From Octopus vulgaris (lineage: Eukaryota), in the NCBI GenBank assembly GCA_951406725.2, contig OX597840.1:12400001-12464000 (forward strand): a stretch of DNA of 64,000 bases, read 5' to 3'. Each line of letters opens with the position of its first letter. Position 1 is the stretch's first letter. The position numbers and the translations under genes were made by a program. Below the pieces are notes generated by a model that was not told where the DNA came from, ran no database searches, and worked only from the letters and a program-made list of their open reading frames with translations. Below are positions 1 through 14,575 of the stretch, piece after piece.

Positions 1-512
1 CATTATGTGCCAATTTGGCTGGGTAACATTGCAAGCAAGCAAGCAAGAGTCAATCTGATTTTTAATGTATCTCTCTACATATAAACGGTAAAATGTCTGT
101 GTGTATGTCCTTTAAACAAATCCACAATTTTTCAGTTAGAGGGCTTGCACTTTCTATGGTCATTCAAAACTGTCCAAGGGTGGTTGTGCACATCTTTACA
201 TTCCCCTAGTCACCCAGCAAAGCCATTAAAAAATCAATAGAAGTGACATTTTGTGAATTTTCTATCCAAAACCCAATCAAAATGCCTGAAACTTGATACG
301 CCAATTGAATGCCAGCTAGCTGTATGTGATTGGTCGGAGATTTGGACAGTACTTGCGTGTTTGTGCGCACGCAGCTGCATATGCATGCACTAGCACTATG
401 ACCCAGCAACACCGGGTCATAGTGCTAGTTATATATATATATATATATATATCAACAATTGAGGGTATAAGTTCAGTATGTGGCAAAGTAATTTATTTTA
501 CTAAGCCCTAAT

Positions 513-560
<48 letters not shown>

Positions 561-689
561 GTATATGTACACATGCATATTCTTTTACTTGTTTGAGTCA
601 TTTGACTACGGCCAAGTTGGAGCACTACTTTAAAGGGTTTTTTAGTCAAAGAAACTTACCTTACCATTTATTCTTTGTAAGCCTGACAC

Positions 690-724
<35 letters not shown>

Positions 725-1313
725 TCTTTTACTCTTTTACTTGTTTCAGTCATTTGACTGCGGCCATGCTGGAGCACCGCCTTTAGTCGAGCAACTAGAC
801 CCAAGGACTTATTCTTTGAAAGCCCAGTACTTATTCTATCGGTCTCTTTTGCTGAACCGCTAAGTGACGGGGATATAACACGCCAGCATCAGTTGTCAAG
901 CAATGCTAGGGGGACAAACACACACATATATATATATACATATATACGACAGGCTTCTTTCAGTTTCCGTCTACCAAATCCACTCACAAGGCATTGGTCG
1001 GCCTGGGGCTACAGTAGAAGACACTTGCCCAAGGTGCCATGCAGTGGGACTAAAAGAAAACTAGAGAGTTTAAATATTAGCATTAATAATCCCTAATTAA
1101 ATATTAATAATCCCCACAATTGTTTTGATTCAAACTCAAAACAAAACAAAAATTACAAATTAGGTGTTTGAGATCCTTAAACAGACTGAATTAATCAATA
1201 TCAAAACAATTGTTGGGATTATTAATATTTATATAATGATAACGATAATATAATATTATGTTGATAAATAAACATATGTCAGTTTAAACTCTCCATTTTC
1301 ATTTTATTATTTT

Positions 1314-1347
<34 letters not shown>

Positions 1348-1348
<1 letters not shown>

Positions 1349-1752
1349 TCTTTACTCTTTTACTCTTTTACTTGTTTCAGTTATTTGACTGCAGCCATGC
1401 TGGAGCACCGCCTTTAGTCGAGCAAATCGACCCCGGGACTTATTCTTTGTAAGCCCAGTACTTATTCTATCGGTCTCTTTTGCCGAACCGCTAAGTGACG
1501 GGGATGTAAACACGCCAGCATCGGTTGTTAAGCAATATACACAGACACACAAACACACACACACATACATATATATATATACATATATACGACAGGCTTC
1601 TTTCAGTTTCTGTCTACCAAATCCACTCACAAAGTATTGGTCGGCCCGGGGCTATAGCAGAAGACACTTGCCCAAGATGCCACGCAGTGGGACTGAAACC
1701 GGAACCATGTGGTTGGTTAGCAAGCTACTTACCACACAGCCACTCCTGCGCC
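1348..1752 (-). mobile_element. SINE family A copy
   Basis: Full-length reverse copy. Confidence 0.9.
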
Positions 1753-1866
1753 TATCCATTTGTATTGTAGAAAATTGTTTTTCTACTATATTGGGTCTTA
1801 AACCAGTGGAAATTGGATGTTTCCATCCCTATAAGAAGCATTTGTTTCTTTGTATTGAATTGTACA

Positions 1867-1899
<33 letters not shown>

Positions 1900-2186
1900 C
1901 ACACCCACCCACACGTACACACACATATATATATATATTTCTTTACTACCCACAAGGGGCTAAACACAGAGGGGACAAACAAGGACAGACAAAGGGATTA
2001 AGTCGATTATATCGCCCCCAGTGCATAACTGGTACTTAATTTATCGACCCCGAAAGGCTGAAAGGCAAAGTCGACCTCGGCGGAATTTGAACTCAAAACA
2101 TAGCGGCAGACGAAATACTGCTAAGCATTTCGCCCGGCGTGCTAACGATTCTGCCAGCTCGCCACCTTACATAAATATATAAATAT

Positions 2187-2282
<96 letters not shown>

Positions 2283-3108
2283 CAGCTTAGAGAAGAAGAA
2301 ATGAAACAAAACCAAATGAATCGAATCGAATCGACGCGAAGGCGCTCAGTCATACGATAGTGTTATAAATAAAATATATGCATACATACAAACATATATG
2401 TACGTACCTACATCTACATGTATATATAAATATATATACTTGTGTACAGGACACCACAAATAGACGTAGAACTCAACGAGAAACGAAAACGTAAAAACAG
2501 CAAGGAACGAACCATTCCTTTAACAACGAAAAAACAGAGTACAAGACAACTACACAAGGAAAAATCCCCTTCATCAGCCGTCCCTGATGGGCTTCTTTCA
2601 CTTTCTGTTTACCAAGTCCACTCACAAGGCTTTGGTCAGTCTGGGGCTATAGTAGGAGACACACTTGTCCAAAGTGCCATGCAGTGGGACTGAACCCAGA
2701 ACCATGTGGTTGGGAAACCAACTTCTTACCACAGAGCCATGCCTGTGCCTATTTAATAATTCACTAAGAACGACTCACTACTCCGTCCCTAAACTTCTGA
2801 TGATGACAGTGGCTGAAGACTACTTATTAAAAATGTAAACGAGCATGTCTAGACACAACTGTTTTGCATAATAGTATAGGAAGGACAGCAATTAACTTGA
2901 AGACCAACATTGTACAGCTATTGAATAAATAAATATATGGACCTGTATTTAGTGTTACTGCGAAATCAGGTTAGAGGACAGTTGAGGTGAGGTGACCAGC
3001 GGTAGAAGTTGTTGTCATATATAATAAATTGATCTGTTTAATTTGGATTCTTATGTTCTGAGATCAACCGCCACTATAGGCAGTTTTGCCTTTTATTCTT
3101 CTGGGGCC

Positions 3109-3112
<4 letters not shown>

Positions 3113-3152
<40 letters not shown>

Positions 3153-3550
3153 TGTTTAGCGTCCGCTTTCCATGCTAGCATGAGTTGGACGATTTGACTG
3201 AGGACTGGCGAACCAGATGGCTGCACCTGGCTCCAATCTTAATCTGGCAGAGTTTCTACTGCTGGATGCCCTTCCTAATGCCAACCACTCCGAGAGTGTA
3301 GTGGGTGCTTTTATGTGCCACTGGTACGAGGGCCAGTCAGGCGGTACTGGCAACGGCCATGCTCAAATGGTGTTTTTTACATACCACCTGCACAGGTGCC
3401 AGTCAGACAGCACTGGCATCGGCCTTGACTACGATTTCACTCGGCTCAGCAGGTATTCACAAGCGCACCATATCGCCCAACATTTGAAGGGTACTTTTAA
3501 CAGGCCATTTAAAACTGGTATCGATCATGACTACGATCTCACTTGACTTA
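3113..3550 (-). mobile_element. RTE-tail repeat (related copies near 19195-19550, 38520-39083, 46636-46820, 62975-63143)
   Basis: Shared GGTTGGCGTTAGGAAGGGCATCCAGC core and (GAT)n tail. Confidence 0.75.
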
Positions 3551-3585
3551 ACACACACACACACATATACACACATATATATATA

Positions 3586-3783
3586 TATCGCCGCGTTGCT
3601 CGGGTTTGTAAGGGAAATAACTATACAGCATTTTTAGAGAGTTATAGCCAAAAAATAGCAAAAAAATACATTAAAAATGGAAAAAAATATGATGGTAAAT
3701 TTTTTTTTAAATCGTTGGGAGTAGTTAGGAATCTAAATCGAAGGGGACAGACACTCACACAACTACAGTTTTATATATAAAGA
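3586..3783 (-). mobile_element. Deleted Helitron copy
   Basis: Both ends match the 62229-62619 element. Confidence 0.7.
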
Positions 3784-3830
3784 TATATATATATATAATC
3801 AAAGTAAGCAACAAGAATGTCTCCGGTAAT

Positions 3831-3916
3831 TTGGTACGATCGTTTCGTACTACATCATTTTATTAAATGTTGTAAGTGTTACAACAGATTTAAGATGCTG
3901 AGTACTCATCAGCCAA
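3831..3916 (-). ncRNA. Type I hammerhead ribozyme with canonical core and long stem II
   Basis: Minus strand reads TTGG-CTGATGA-GTACT..(TGTTGTAA cac TTACAACA)..AGTAC-GAAA-CGATCG-TA-CCAA. Confidence 0.8.
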
Positions 3917-4110
3917 TTATAGAGGTTTTCCATTAATACAAACATTTTCAAATCCAGTGGCAACATTATAGAGAAGTTAGCTATATAGACAAAGATGTGG
4001 ATTTAAATGTTAAGAACATATGAGGTAGTAGAGTCCACTGACTAGTCATTAAATATAGTGCTTTAGTGGCTTTTAGTGTTAATTTAACTCTTAATTTAAC
4101 GTAAGTGATA

Positions 4111-4508
4111 GGCGCAGGAGTGGCTGTGTGGTAAGTAGCTTGCTTACCAACCACATGGTTCCAGGTTCATTCCCACTGCATGGCACCTTGGCCAAGTGTC
4201 TTCTACTATAGCCTCGGGCTAACCAAAGCCTTGTGAGTGGATTTGGTAGATGGAAACTGAAAGAAGCCCCTTCGTATATATGTATATGTGTGTGTGTGTA
4301 TATGTTTATGTGTCTGTGTTTGTCCCCCCAACATTACTTGACAACTTATGCTGGTGTGTTTATGTCCCCGTAACTCAGCGGTTCTGCAAAAGAGACCAAT
4401 AGAATAAGTACTAGGCTTACAAAGTCCTGGGGTTGATTTGTTCAACTAAAGGCAGTGCTCTAGCTTGGCCGCAGTCAAATGACTGAAACAAGTAAAAGAA
4501 TAAAAGAA
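4111..4508 (+). mobile_element. SINE family A copy
   Basis: Full-length copy. Confidence 0.9.
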
Positions 4509-4711
4509 AATCAGTACCCTCCATCACTTTTGTGACCCCTGTTAATTTCGCCTTCAGCTTCTAATTTCTAATAAGCCACCCTTTTTAATTTGTTGTTTAC
4601 ACTTTTACTGTTTTGAAAATCAGCAAATGATTTCAACAGAAGAGAAGAGAGAAAAGTATAAATACACACACACACACACACTCTTACACACACACACACA
4701 CACACACTCTT

Positions 4712-4749
<38 letters not shown>

Positions 4750-5394
4750 GTATATATCATCATTGATTAGGTCTTATATAACCGAATATCACTCCCTCCA
4801 CCCCTACATATAAACAGACACATTGCTATATAATTCAACACTCATGTAGCAAATAACATGTAGCACACATACAGACACTCCACCGAAATCTCTAAAAATG
4901 ATTCCCAATTTCATATTGAAACTATGCTATCGTCATTATGGAACCAAATATTTTTTTCAAAAAATATCAAAATATTTTTATATTTCTACCACAATCTCAT
5001 CATTTTATTGCAAATATAAAGAGCTTTCATTTATCAGGATAATCTAAATTTGAAAATTCGCAAACTGTGACAGCTGGAATTAATACCTGCTGACTGCATC
5101 ATCTCAGTGATTAAGATGGTTTAATTTTGCATTGCAGAAATTCTAAATAAATTTATATTTTATTATCATTTTGAAAGAATTTTGCTATATTTATGGAAAC
5201 CTGTTTAATTCTTAATTAAACATGACTCAAATAATTTTACTGCGAAATTAGAAAATTCAAAATGATTGGTGGAATGGTTTTGTTTTGTTTGATTTATTTT
5301 CTCTTTCCTCTTGTCCAATTTTATCCAAAATGAAGACAGACTCTGAAAGCCATTTATATATAATATATATATGTACCCCCCCCCCACACACATG

Positions 5395-5436
<42 letters not shown>

Positions 5437-5740
5437 TATAGATAGGTAGATAGATAGATAGATAGATATATGAATGCACCTGCATGTGGGCATATGTATG
5501 TATGTATGTATATATGTATAATACATATATAACATAATATATAATTATATATAGATACTTTATATTCTATATATATAATAGGTGCAGGCGTGGCTGTGTG
5601 GTAAGAAGCTTGCTTCTGAACCACATGATTCCAGGTTCTGTCTCACTGTGTGGTACTTTGGGCAAGTGTCTTCTACTATAGCCTTGGGCCAACTAAAGCC
5701 TTGTGAGTGGATTTGGTTGGCGGAACCTGAAAGAAGTCAG

Positions 5741-5784
<44 letters not shown>

Positions 5785-6023
5785 GTATATGTTTGTGAAT
5801 CTGTGTTTATCCCCACACCATCGCTTGACAACCGATGCTGGTGTGTTTACATCCCCGTAACTTAGCAGCTTGGCAAAACAGACTGATAGGATAAGTACTA
5901 GGCTTACAAAGAACAAGTCCTGGGATCGATGTGTTCAACTAAAGGTGGTGCTCCAGCAGGGCCACAGTCAAAATGACCGAAACAAGTAAAAAGGTAAAAG
6001 AATAAAAGAATATATACATTTGT

Positions 6024-6320
6024 GAAGGCATGTAGCTTAGTGGTTAGGGCATTTGGCTCATGATTGTAAGGTCGTGAGTTCAATTTCCGGCAACGTATTG
6101 TGTACTTGGGCAAGACACTTTATTTCACATTGCTTAACTGGCAAAAATGAGTAGTACCTGTATTTCACATGGCCAGCCCTGTCACACTGAACCTCCCTGA
6201 GAACTACATTAAGGGTACACATGTCTGTGGAGTGCTCAGCCACTTGCATGTTAATTTCACGAGCAAGCTGTTCTGTTGATTGTATCAACTGGGACCCTTG
6301 TTGTAAGTGATGGAATGCTC
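6024..6320 (+). mobile_element. tRNA-headed SINE family C (also 44745-45068 and 59035-59280; related 41010-41333)
   Basis: TAGCTTAGTGG and GAGTTCAAT boxes with the shared core CTTGRGCAAGACACTTTATTTCAC. Confidence 0.75.
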
Positions 6321-6327
6321 CCATTTA

Positions 6328-7959
6328 CACTGGCGAAAATAAATTTAAGACCGATGATAAAAGTTATATTTCTTCAAAAATATTTTGTTACTGACACCAT
6401 ACAAATTATTTTATCTTTTACACCTTATGCAGAATTTATTTCTTTTTCAAATGATGCAGACAATAACTATTTTTTATACAACTTGAAGAATTCTAATGCT
6501 AAATTAATATAAACGTTTCAAATTTACCGGCAAAATTAGTTTAAGACCGTATCATTATAATTTTATTTAAAGCTTAAGATTGTAGCAAAAATGAGCAAAT
6601 TTTACATATTAGTACTTTTTTATATATTAGTACTTTTTGCATATTAGTACTTTGTGCTGTAACCTTTATTCTTAATAATAGCTGAACAACGCCTTGGCAT
6701 TGAATTCGCTAAGTGTTTACAAAATTCTATGGGAATGTTTTGCCATATTTCATCGAATAATTTTTTTAGATTAGATGGTTTTTTCAGCATGGACTTTTTT
6801 GGAAACATAATTCCACAAGTTCTCAATCGGATTCAGGTTCAAGCTCTGGGGAGGCCATTCAATTATGTCAGTATTATGGTGATCAAAAAATTCCATAACC
6901 TTTTTGGCTTTGTGCACAGGACTATTGTCCTGCTGATAAATAGCCCTGGAGGCATTTGGTGAGTCAAATATGGCACAACATTATCCTTTAGTAGATTCAT
7001 ATAACCTACACTATTTAGCTTTCCATCAACTTTAACTAGAGGGCCGCCCACACCATCACTCCCCCATACCCGCTTGCGCCATCTTTTTAATGCATTTTGG
7101 ATGGAATTCCTTGGTTGGGCGATGTCTGACGTATGTTTTACCATCTGATCCAAATATACAGAAGTGTGACTCATCACTCCAAAGGACCCTACACCAATCT
7201 CAGCAGTCCATTGAGCATGGCTTTTTGCAAAATTAAGGCGTTTGAGTCGATTTCTTTTGGATATTATTGGCTTTTCCCTAGCAATTCGTCCATGTAGTCC
7301 AAATTCTCTCAAATGGTTGTGGACAGTTTGTGGTGTAAAAATAACAACATTCTCGTTGGACAATTGTTTACAAATGTCAATGGTTGTCAGCATTTGGTTG
7401 CCTTCCGAAAGTTGGTGGATTTGATGGTTCAACTCTGCCGTCGTTTTCCTTGGAGTGGCAGTCCTTTGCTGATTTTTATATTGACCAGTCTCCGAGTATA
7501 ACTTCCACACTTGCACGCAAGCCGTTTTACTGTACTTTAGTTGCTTGCTGATGTTCGAAAAGGAAACTTTTTGCTGGTGGAGTAATATGATTTTTGCTCT
7601 CGTGACTGGACTGAGGCTATGTTGTTTTCCCATCATTAATCAATTGTATAATAATGTTAAATTATAACACTATATAGTGCTGTTAGGCTAGTTGTGTGAC
7701 CACACATTTTGGTAAAAAAATTTGCATACATATAAAATGGTCTCAAACTAATTTTGCTGGTAAATTTGAAACATATATATTAATTTAGCATCAGAATGCT
7801 TCAAGTTGTATAAAAATAGTTATTGTCTGCATCATTTGAAAGAGAAATAAATTCTGCATAAGTTGTAAAAGATAAAAATAATTTGTATGGTGTTAGTAAC
7901 AAAATATTTTGTAAAAAACAGAACTTTTATCATCGGTCTTAAATTTATTTTCGCCAGTG
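6328..7959 (-). mobile_element. Full-length Tc1-family transposon, IR/DR type, about 221-bp TIRs, TA target duplication
   Basis: TIRs at 6328-6548 and 7739-7959 (CACTGGCGAAAAT...), TA on both sides, and an inner direct repeat (TTTAAGACCG) at both ends of the TIR. Confidence 0.93.
6644..7636 (-). pseudogene. Frameshifted Tc1 transposase
   Basis: N-terminal HTH, KPIISKRNRLKRLNFAK..W, and C-terminal LANSMPRRCSAIIKNKGYSTKY in different frames. Confidence 0.9.
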
Positions 7960-7961
7960 TA

Positions 7962-8520
7962 GATCATTCCTGTCTCAACAGGAGGCCTCAGCTTGTTCAA
8001 GAGCTTCTTTGTCAAGCAGTTCTCATTGACCTTTGTTGTTAGAATGCATCCTCTGTGTCTCTTGCATGAGTGGTAGCAAAGGTCTTCATTCAAGGCCAGC
8101 TTCATGGTCATGCCTCCAGCATCCATCTCTCTTTCCAAAGTCTAGATTTCCTTGCTCAGATCTCCCTTCACCTTGTCCTGCAGTTGTTTTGATGAACTCC
8201 AGCCTACAGATGCAGTGAAAACACTTGCTGTGTCTGTCCCTTCTTGCTAGCCATGGCTTTGTAGTCTCCATTGCAGTTGCCCATGTCACATCATACAGCC
8301 TTTACAGTGTTCACAGAGCATTGAGCAGTAGTGATGATGTTGACAGTTCAATACCCACCACAAATCATCATGATACAGGTAACTCTTTTCCAATATTCAC
8401 TTGGCTTCCAATCCTCCATGGCAGCTAACTTTTCCTCAACTGTAATTTTAGTTTTTATACTCTCCAACGCTGTTGACTGTTCACCTATACATCAAGTTGT
8501 TCATGAATAAAGGGGACGTA
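7962..8520 (-). mobile_element. 5' fragment of an older Tc1/mariner (maT/DD37D-like) transposase
   Basis: Degenerate minus-strand reading MEDWKPSEYWKR...LEREM..LNEDLCYHSCKRHRGCILT..KKLLNKLRPP resembles, from memory, the region preceding the first catalytic Asp. Confidence 0.5.
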
Positions 8521-8743
8521 AAATCTTGTCAGATTTAGCCCAAACGCACTATATATCCTCTTTCTTTCCTTGCTAACCTCTAACACTACTCCTTCCATGG
8601 CCGGACATGTTTTTGTGAAATATTGGAAATGAATAGCACTGCTTGTATGACAGTGACACTCATTTACAACTATCATTTGATGTAACATCAATACAAAGAA
8701 ATATAAACCCATCCACATACTTAAACACACACACACACGCACA

Positions 8744-8806
<63 letters not shown>

Positions 8807-10099
8807 AGATGACATGCTTCTTTCAGTTTCCACCTTCGAAATCCACTCACAAGGCTGTGGTCAGCTGCAGGGTTGTAGGAGATGCTTGATCAAAATGCCC
8901 TGCAGCAGGACTGAACCTGGAACAGCATAGTCTAGAAGCTAACATCTTACCACACATCCATGCCTGTGTAATATTGTTGAGGCTGACAGTTTCTTTTTAC
9001 TTCATGTTCTCTGGTGTTGTTTCTATGAACGGTGACCACAGGTGCTGTTGGTATTGGCTTTTGTTCATGTTGTTGTTGTTGGTGAGGGTGATGATGGTGT
9101 TGGTGGTTGTAGGCCATAATACTGGTAGCATTGGCATGATGACAAGGAAATTCTATGCAAAAGAGCAAATATACCATATTTAGCTCTCTTCAAGACGAAT
9201 ATTTGAAGAAATCCAAAAGAATTACTCAGAATGGATTTAGTTCAAACAATACTTTTACTTTACATTCAATAATAGCTACATGTTAGTATCATGTTCTTTG
9301 GGAAAATTCTCTCTCTCTCTCTTTCTCCAGATTCTCCTGTCTTGAAGACGGTACCATCAATAACAACAAGCACAACAGTACAACCAGAACAAATGTTATT
9401 TCAGTATCTACATTGTTTACTGTGATTAAATGGTTTAACATGATATCTGCTTTGTTACTGGGTTACGATGGAATACAAAGCTACTGTGTGGTTAGAATGT
9501 TTGGACAGTGTTTGACCAATATGACACCGGAATAATGGAATTAAGGTTTGGCAGAATAGAAATTGTAAGTTTATACTGTCTATTGATTAACCTGGATTAA
9601 ACTAACACCATTCCAGCAGAAGCATTGTTCTACAAGTCTTGTAAGTTGTCTATTTTTGGTTACAAGTCTCAGACCAAGTCCTGGTGAAGATCCTACACAT
9701 GGATTTTTTGTATCAGCTATCTTTTTCAAATTACTTGTTATAGTCATTGAACTGTGGCCATGCTGGGGCACTGCCTTGAAAGGTTTTATTCAAACAAATC
9801 AACCCCAGTAATGATTGTACTCATTTTTTAAAAGCTTGGTACTTGTTATATTGCTCTCTTTTGTGAAACTGCTAAGTTACAGGGACGTAAACAAACCAAA
9901 GGTTGTCAAACAGTAGTGGGGGTGGGGGGAGACACACACACACACACTCATATATATGGGGCTATAAACGTCAATAGTACTGTCCTGTATAGGACACCAC
10001 ACTTGGTTGGCAATTATATACATATATATATATATACATACATACATACATACATACACACACACATATATACATATGTATACATACATACAAACACTC

Positions 10100-10130
<31 letters not shown>

Positions 10131-10176
10131 CTTATATATATATATACATACACACACACACACTCACTCACATATA

Positions 10177-11467
10177 TTAGGTCATCCATTAAGTTCTGTC
10201 TGATTTTTAACCTTTTTAAAATTGAATGAAATTTAATAGTATTTTAGAATGTCTAATTGAATTAAAAATTATTTTTATGCATTTGTGTACATTTAAACTA
10301 ATTAAATATTATTTTACAGAACAATAGAATTAAAATTCCTTTGATTAAAACCCTTTCTAACATGGAAGTATCCAAAGAGCATTTGAGGCACATAATGCTT
10401 TATGAGTACAAAGAAAGGAAACTCTGCAGCTGAAGTAACTTGAAACATACACTCAGTTTATGGGAAACAATGCTTGAATGAAAGAACTTGCAGAAGATGG
10501 TTTGCAAAATTCCGAAGTGGAGATTTCAGCCTTGGAGATGAAGATTGCACAAGATGTCCAGTTGAGTTTGATGATAAGCTCCTTGAGGCATTACTTGAAG
10601 AAAATCCTGTATTATTGGTTGAAGAATTGGCAATAAAGCTTAGTTCAAACCATACAACTGTTCATCGTTACCTTCAACAACTTGGAAAGTTTCCTAAACT
10701 TGGAAAATGGGTGCCTCATGAATTGTCCGGAAGCAACAGCAAATCCCGAGTTGACCTCTGCTCTTCTCTCCATTCTCGCAACTCATTTCTCCCTTTTTGG
10801 ATAAACTTGTGACTGGTGACGAAAAATGGATCTTCTATCGAAATACTAAACGTCGTAAACAGTGGCTTGGTAAAAAGGAAACTGCTCAACCACAACCAAG
10901 AAGAGAACTTCATGGAAAAAGATTCTTCTCTCTAACTGGTGGGATTGCAAAGGAGTAATTCACTTTGAATTGTTACCACCTAATGCAACAAAGAATGCTC
11001 AAGTCTACTGTCAGCAATTAGAGTGTTTGAACCAAGCTTTGAAGGAAAAAAAAAGACCCGCTTTAGTGAATCGAAAAGGAGTGATGTTTCATCAGGACAA
11101 TGCATGACCCCACACTGCAAAGATCACATCACAGAAGATCGAAGAGCTTGGTTTGAAAAAACTTCCTCATCCACCTTATTTTCCTGACCTTGCTCCTTCA
11201 GACTACCATTTGTTTCATAGTTTACAGAATCATTTTGGGGACACAACTTTCGCAAGCCAGGAGGAGGTCGAAACTGACATTTCAGAGTTCTTCGCTTTGA
11301 AACCAAAAGAATTTTACATTGATGGGATTAAAAAGCTTGTAAATAGATGGAAGGAAGTCATAGATAATCAGGGAAAGTACGTTGATGATTAAATTTCAAT
11401 TAAATATAACATTTGATCACTTGTTTTCTTTATTCAAAATTTGGACAGAACTTATGGGATAACCTGA
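10177..11467 (+). mobile_element. Full-length mariner (DD34D) element, decayed
   Basis: TIRs TTAGGTCATCCATTAAGTTCTGTC / GACAGAACTTATGGGATAACCTGA with TA flanks; about 1.29 kb. Confidence 0.92.
10362..11392 (+). pseudogene. Mariner transposase pseudogene
   Basis: WVPHEL, VTGDEKW, HQDNA and HPPYFPDLAPSDYHLF motifs with stops and frameshifts. Confidence 0.92.
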
Positions 11468-12714
11468 TATATGTACACATACATAAATGACAGGTTTCTC
11501 TGAGTTTCTGTCTAGCAAATCCACTCAATGATTTGGTCAGAATGTGGCTATAGGAGAAAATACTTGCCCAAGGTGCCATGCAGCGGAACTGATGCTGGAA
11601 CCATACTCTTTACTCTTTTACTTGTTTCAGTCATTTCCGCTAAGTTACAGGGACCTAAACACACCACCATTGGTTGTCAAGCGATGTTGGAGGGACAAAC
11701 ACAGACACACAAACACACACACGCATATATATATATATATACATATATACGACGGGCTTCTTTCAGTTTCCGTCTACCAACTCTATTCACAAGGCTTTGG
11801 TCGGCCCTAGGCTATAGTAAAAGACACTTGCCCAAGGTGCCATGCAGTGGGACTGAACCCAGAACCATGTGGTTGGTTAGCAAGCTACTTACCACACAGC
11901 CACTCCTGCGCCATGTGGATGTAAAGTCAGCTTCTTACCACAGAGTCAGGCCTGCATCAAGAAATTTCTGTATTTATTTGTATTTTATTTATACTGCTAA
12001 GTATTTTGTCCGGCATGTTAAGAATCTTGTCAGCTCAGCACCTTGGAAACACTGAAAAATACTGAGAAAATATCAGTTTCAAAATTCAGCACAAGGCTAG
12101 CAAGTTCACGGAATGGGCTAAGCTGGTTACATTGACCCCAGTACACAACTGGTACTTATTTTGTTGACCATGAAAGGATGAAAGGTAAAGTCGACCATGA
12201 CGAAATTTGAACTCAAAAAGAAAGGACAGATGAAAATACTGCTAAGTATTTTGCCCAGCATGATAACGATTCTACCAGCTCACCACCTTAAATATGAAGA
12301 AAAATATCAGTAGATACTTCGAGTGAATGATTCTTATTCCAGGCTAAATCTCCATTAGTTTCCATCTATCATCTCCTCCTCTCCCTCCAGCCTACCTACT
12401 TGTCATTTCCATTGATTAATCAATACTCAATACTCAATAATCTCCAGTTATCAGTGTTTCATTAGATTGGCTATTGTCGTATTCCATGATTTTGAACAGT
12501 CTTAGAATCTCCTTTACCGTCAAATAAAAGCATCTACTTTCTTTTAATTCTGGTACATTCTTTAAGACCATTAAAACTTAATGTGTTTTAATGTACTGTT
12601 CCTGTAGAACTCCAAGTGTAAAGAAGAAGGAGAGATCCTTAATTCTTGTCTCAGTTTGGGATTAGGATCAATTTAACTTGTTCGGCTTATTTAACAGTTA
12701 CATTATATATATAT

Positions 12715-12782
<68 letters not shown>

Positions 12783-12868
12783 ATTATACACATATATATA
12801 TACATACATATACAAACACATATATATACATATATACACAAATATATATATACTGTATATATATATAC

Positions 12869-12927
<59 letters not shown>

Positions 12928-13042
12928 ATATACTTATATATATGTGTATATATATATGTATATATTATATATATATATATATATCTATGTATGTATATAT
13001 ATATATGTATGTATATATATATGTGTATATATATATATACAT

Positions 13043-13095
<53 letters not shown>

Positions 13096-13362
13096 GTATA
13101 TATGTATATATAGATAGATAGATAGATAGATATATATAGATATATGTATATATATGAGTGTATATACATACATATACACACATATATAGACATATACATA
13201 AGTATATATATATATTATACACACATACACACACACACTCACACACATATATATATGCATACACACAGACACCTGCACACCCACACACATGCACACGTAT
13301 ACATACACACACTTACACTCACATGACTATAGAATTGTTAATGCAATTCGCTGTCATTGAAG

Positions 13363-13403
<41 letters not shown>

Positions 13404-13886
13404 CAGCTGGGAAGATGTTCAACAAATGTCTGAGATTTAGAGATTGCTGCAGGGATGAATTGTGTGTCTGTCGACTTCTCCTGCAACTGACTGTAGCCAT
13501 GTGGATATCAAGTTTGTTTCTCAACCATGTCGTTCAAGGTTTGATCCCAGTCTACAGAGTTGAACCATGGTCAGGAACTCCTTACTGTGCTCGTGGCTTA
13601 ATACATACTTCTTTGAAGTGACATTTTATAATTCATTTGAGGAAAACCGTGTGGAAGCCCCATTGGCTGAAAACTCTCGTATTAGTATAACCACAGGTAG
13701 TTTTAGAATATATATTTCCATAGTGGCTGTGTGTGTTAAGTAGCTTGCTTACAAAGCACATGGTTCTGTGTTTAGTCCCACTGTGTGGCACCTTGGGCAA
13801 GTGTCTTCTACTATAGCCTCAGGCCGACCAAAGCCTTGTGAGTGGATTTGGTAGACAAAAACTGAAAGAAGTCCGTCGTATATATG

Positions 13887-13936
<50 letters not shown>

Positions 13937-14245
13937 TGTGTGTGTGTGTGTATACATTTGTGTGCCTGTGTTTGTCCCCCCAACATCGTTTGACAACCGA
14001 TGCTGGTGTGTTTATGTCCCCATAACTTAGCAGTTCGGCAAAAGAGACCGATAAAATAAGTACTAGGCTTACAAAGATTTGCTCGACTAAAGGCAGTGCT
14101 CCGGCATGGCCACAGTCAAATGATTGAAACAAGTAAAAGAGTATATAATCCTATACTGCCACCACCATCACTACCAACAGAATCATTGTCACCTCCCTAC
14201 CCCACCCCATCACCACTACTGTTGCTGCTACTGCTGCTGCTGCTG

Positions 14246-14297
<52 letters not shown>

Positions 14298-14575
14298 TAC
14301 TACTACCCTCTCCAGCAACGTCACTAGTGCAGCTATTTGTGGTTTTATATATATATATATATATACATACATATCATCCAGTTTCCTAAAGATCCATCAT
14401 ACAACTGTTGGTAGCTTGTATCTTTATTCTGTGTACATTAAATTATATTTATCTCCTTCAGGATGGAGCACTTTCTTCCGTTGATCTTACCTTAACAGAA
14501 AAGTAAACTATATGTATGCATATATGTGTGTATGTGTGTGTATGTAAGTGTATGCATATGTGTAGGTATGCATGT

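Noticed and set aside
11528-12055. Recurrent ORFs such as RRHLPKVPCSGTEP
   Set aside because: Antisense translations of SINE family A.
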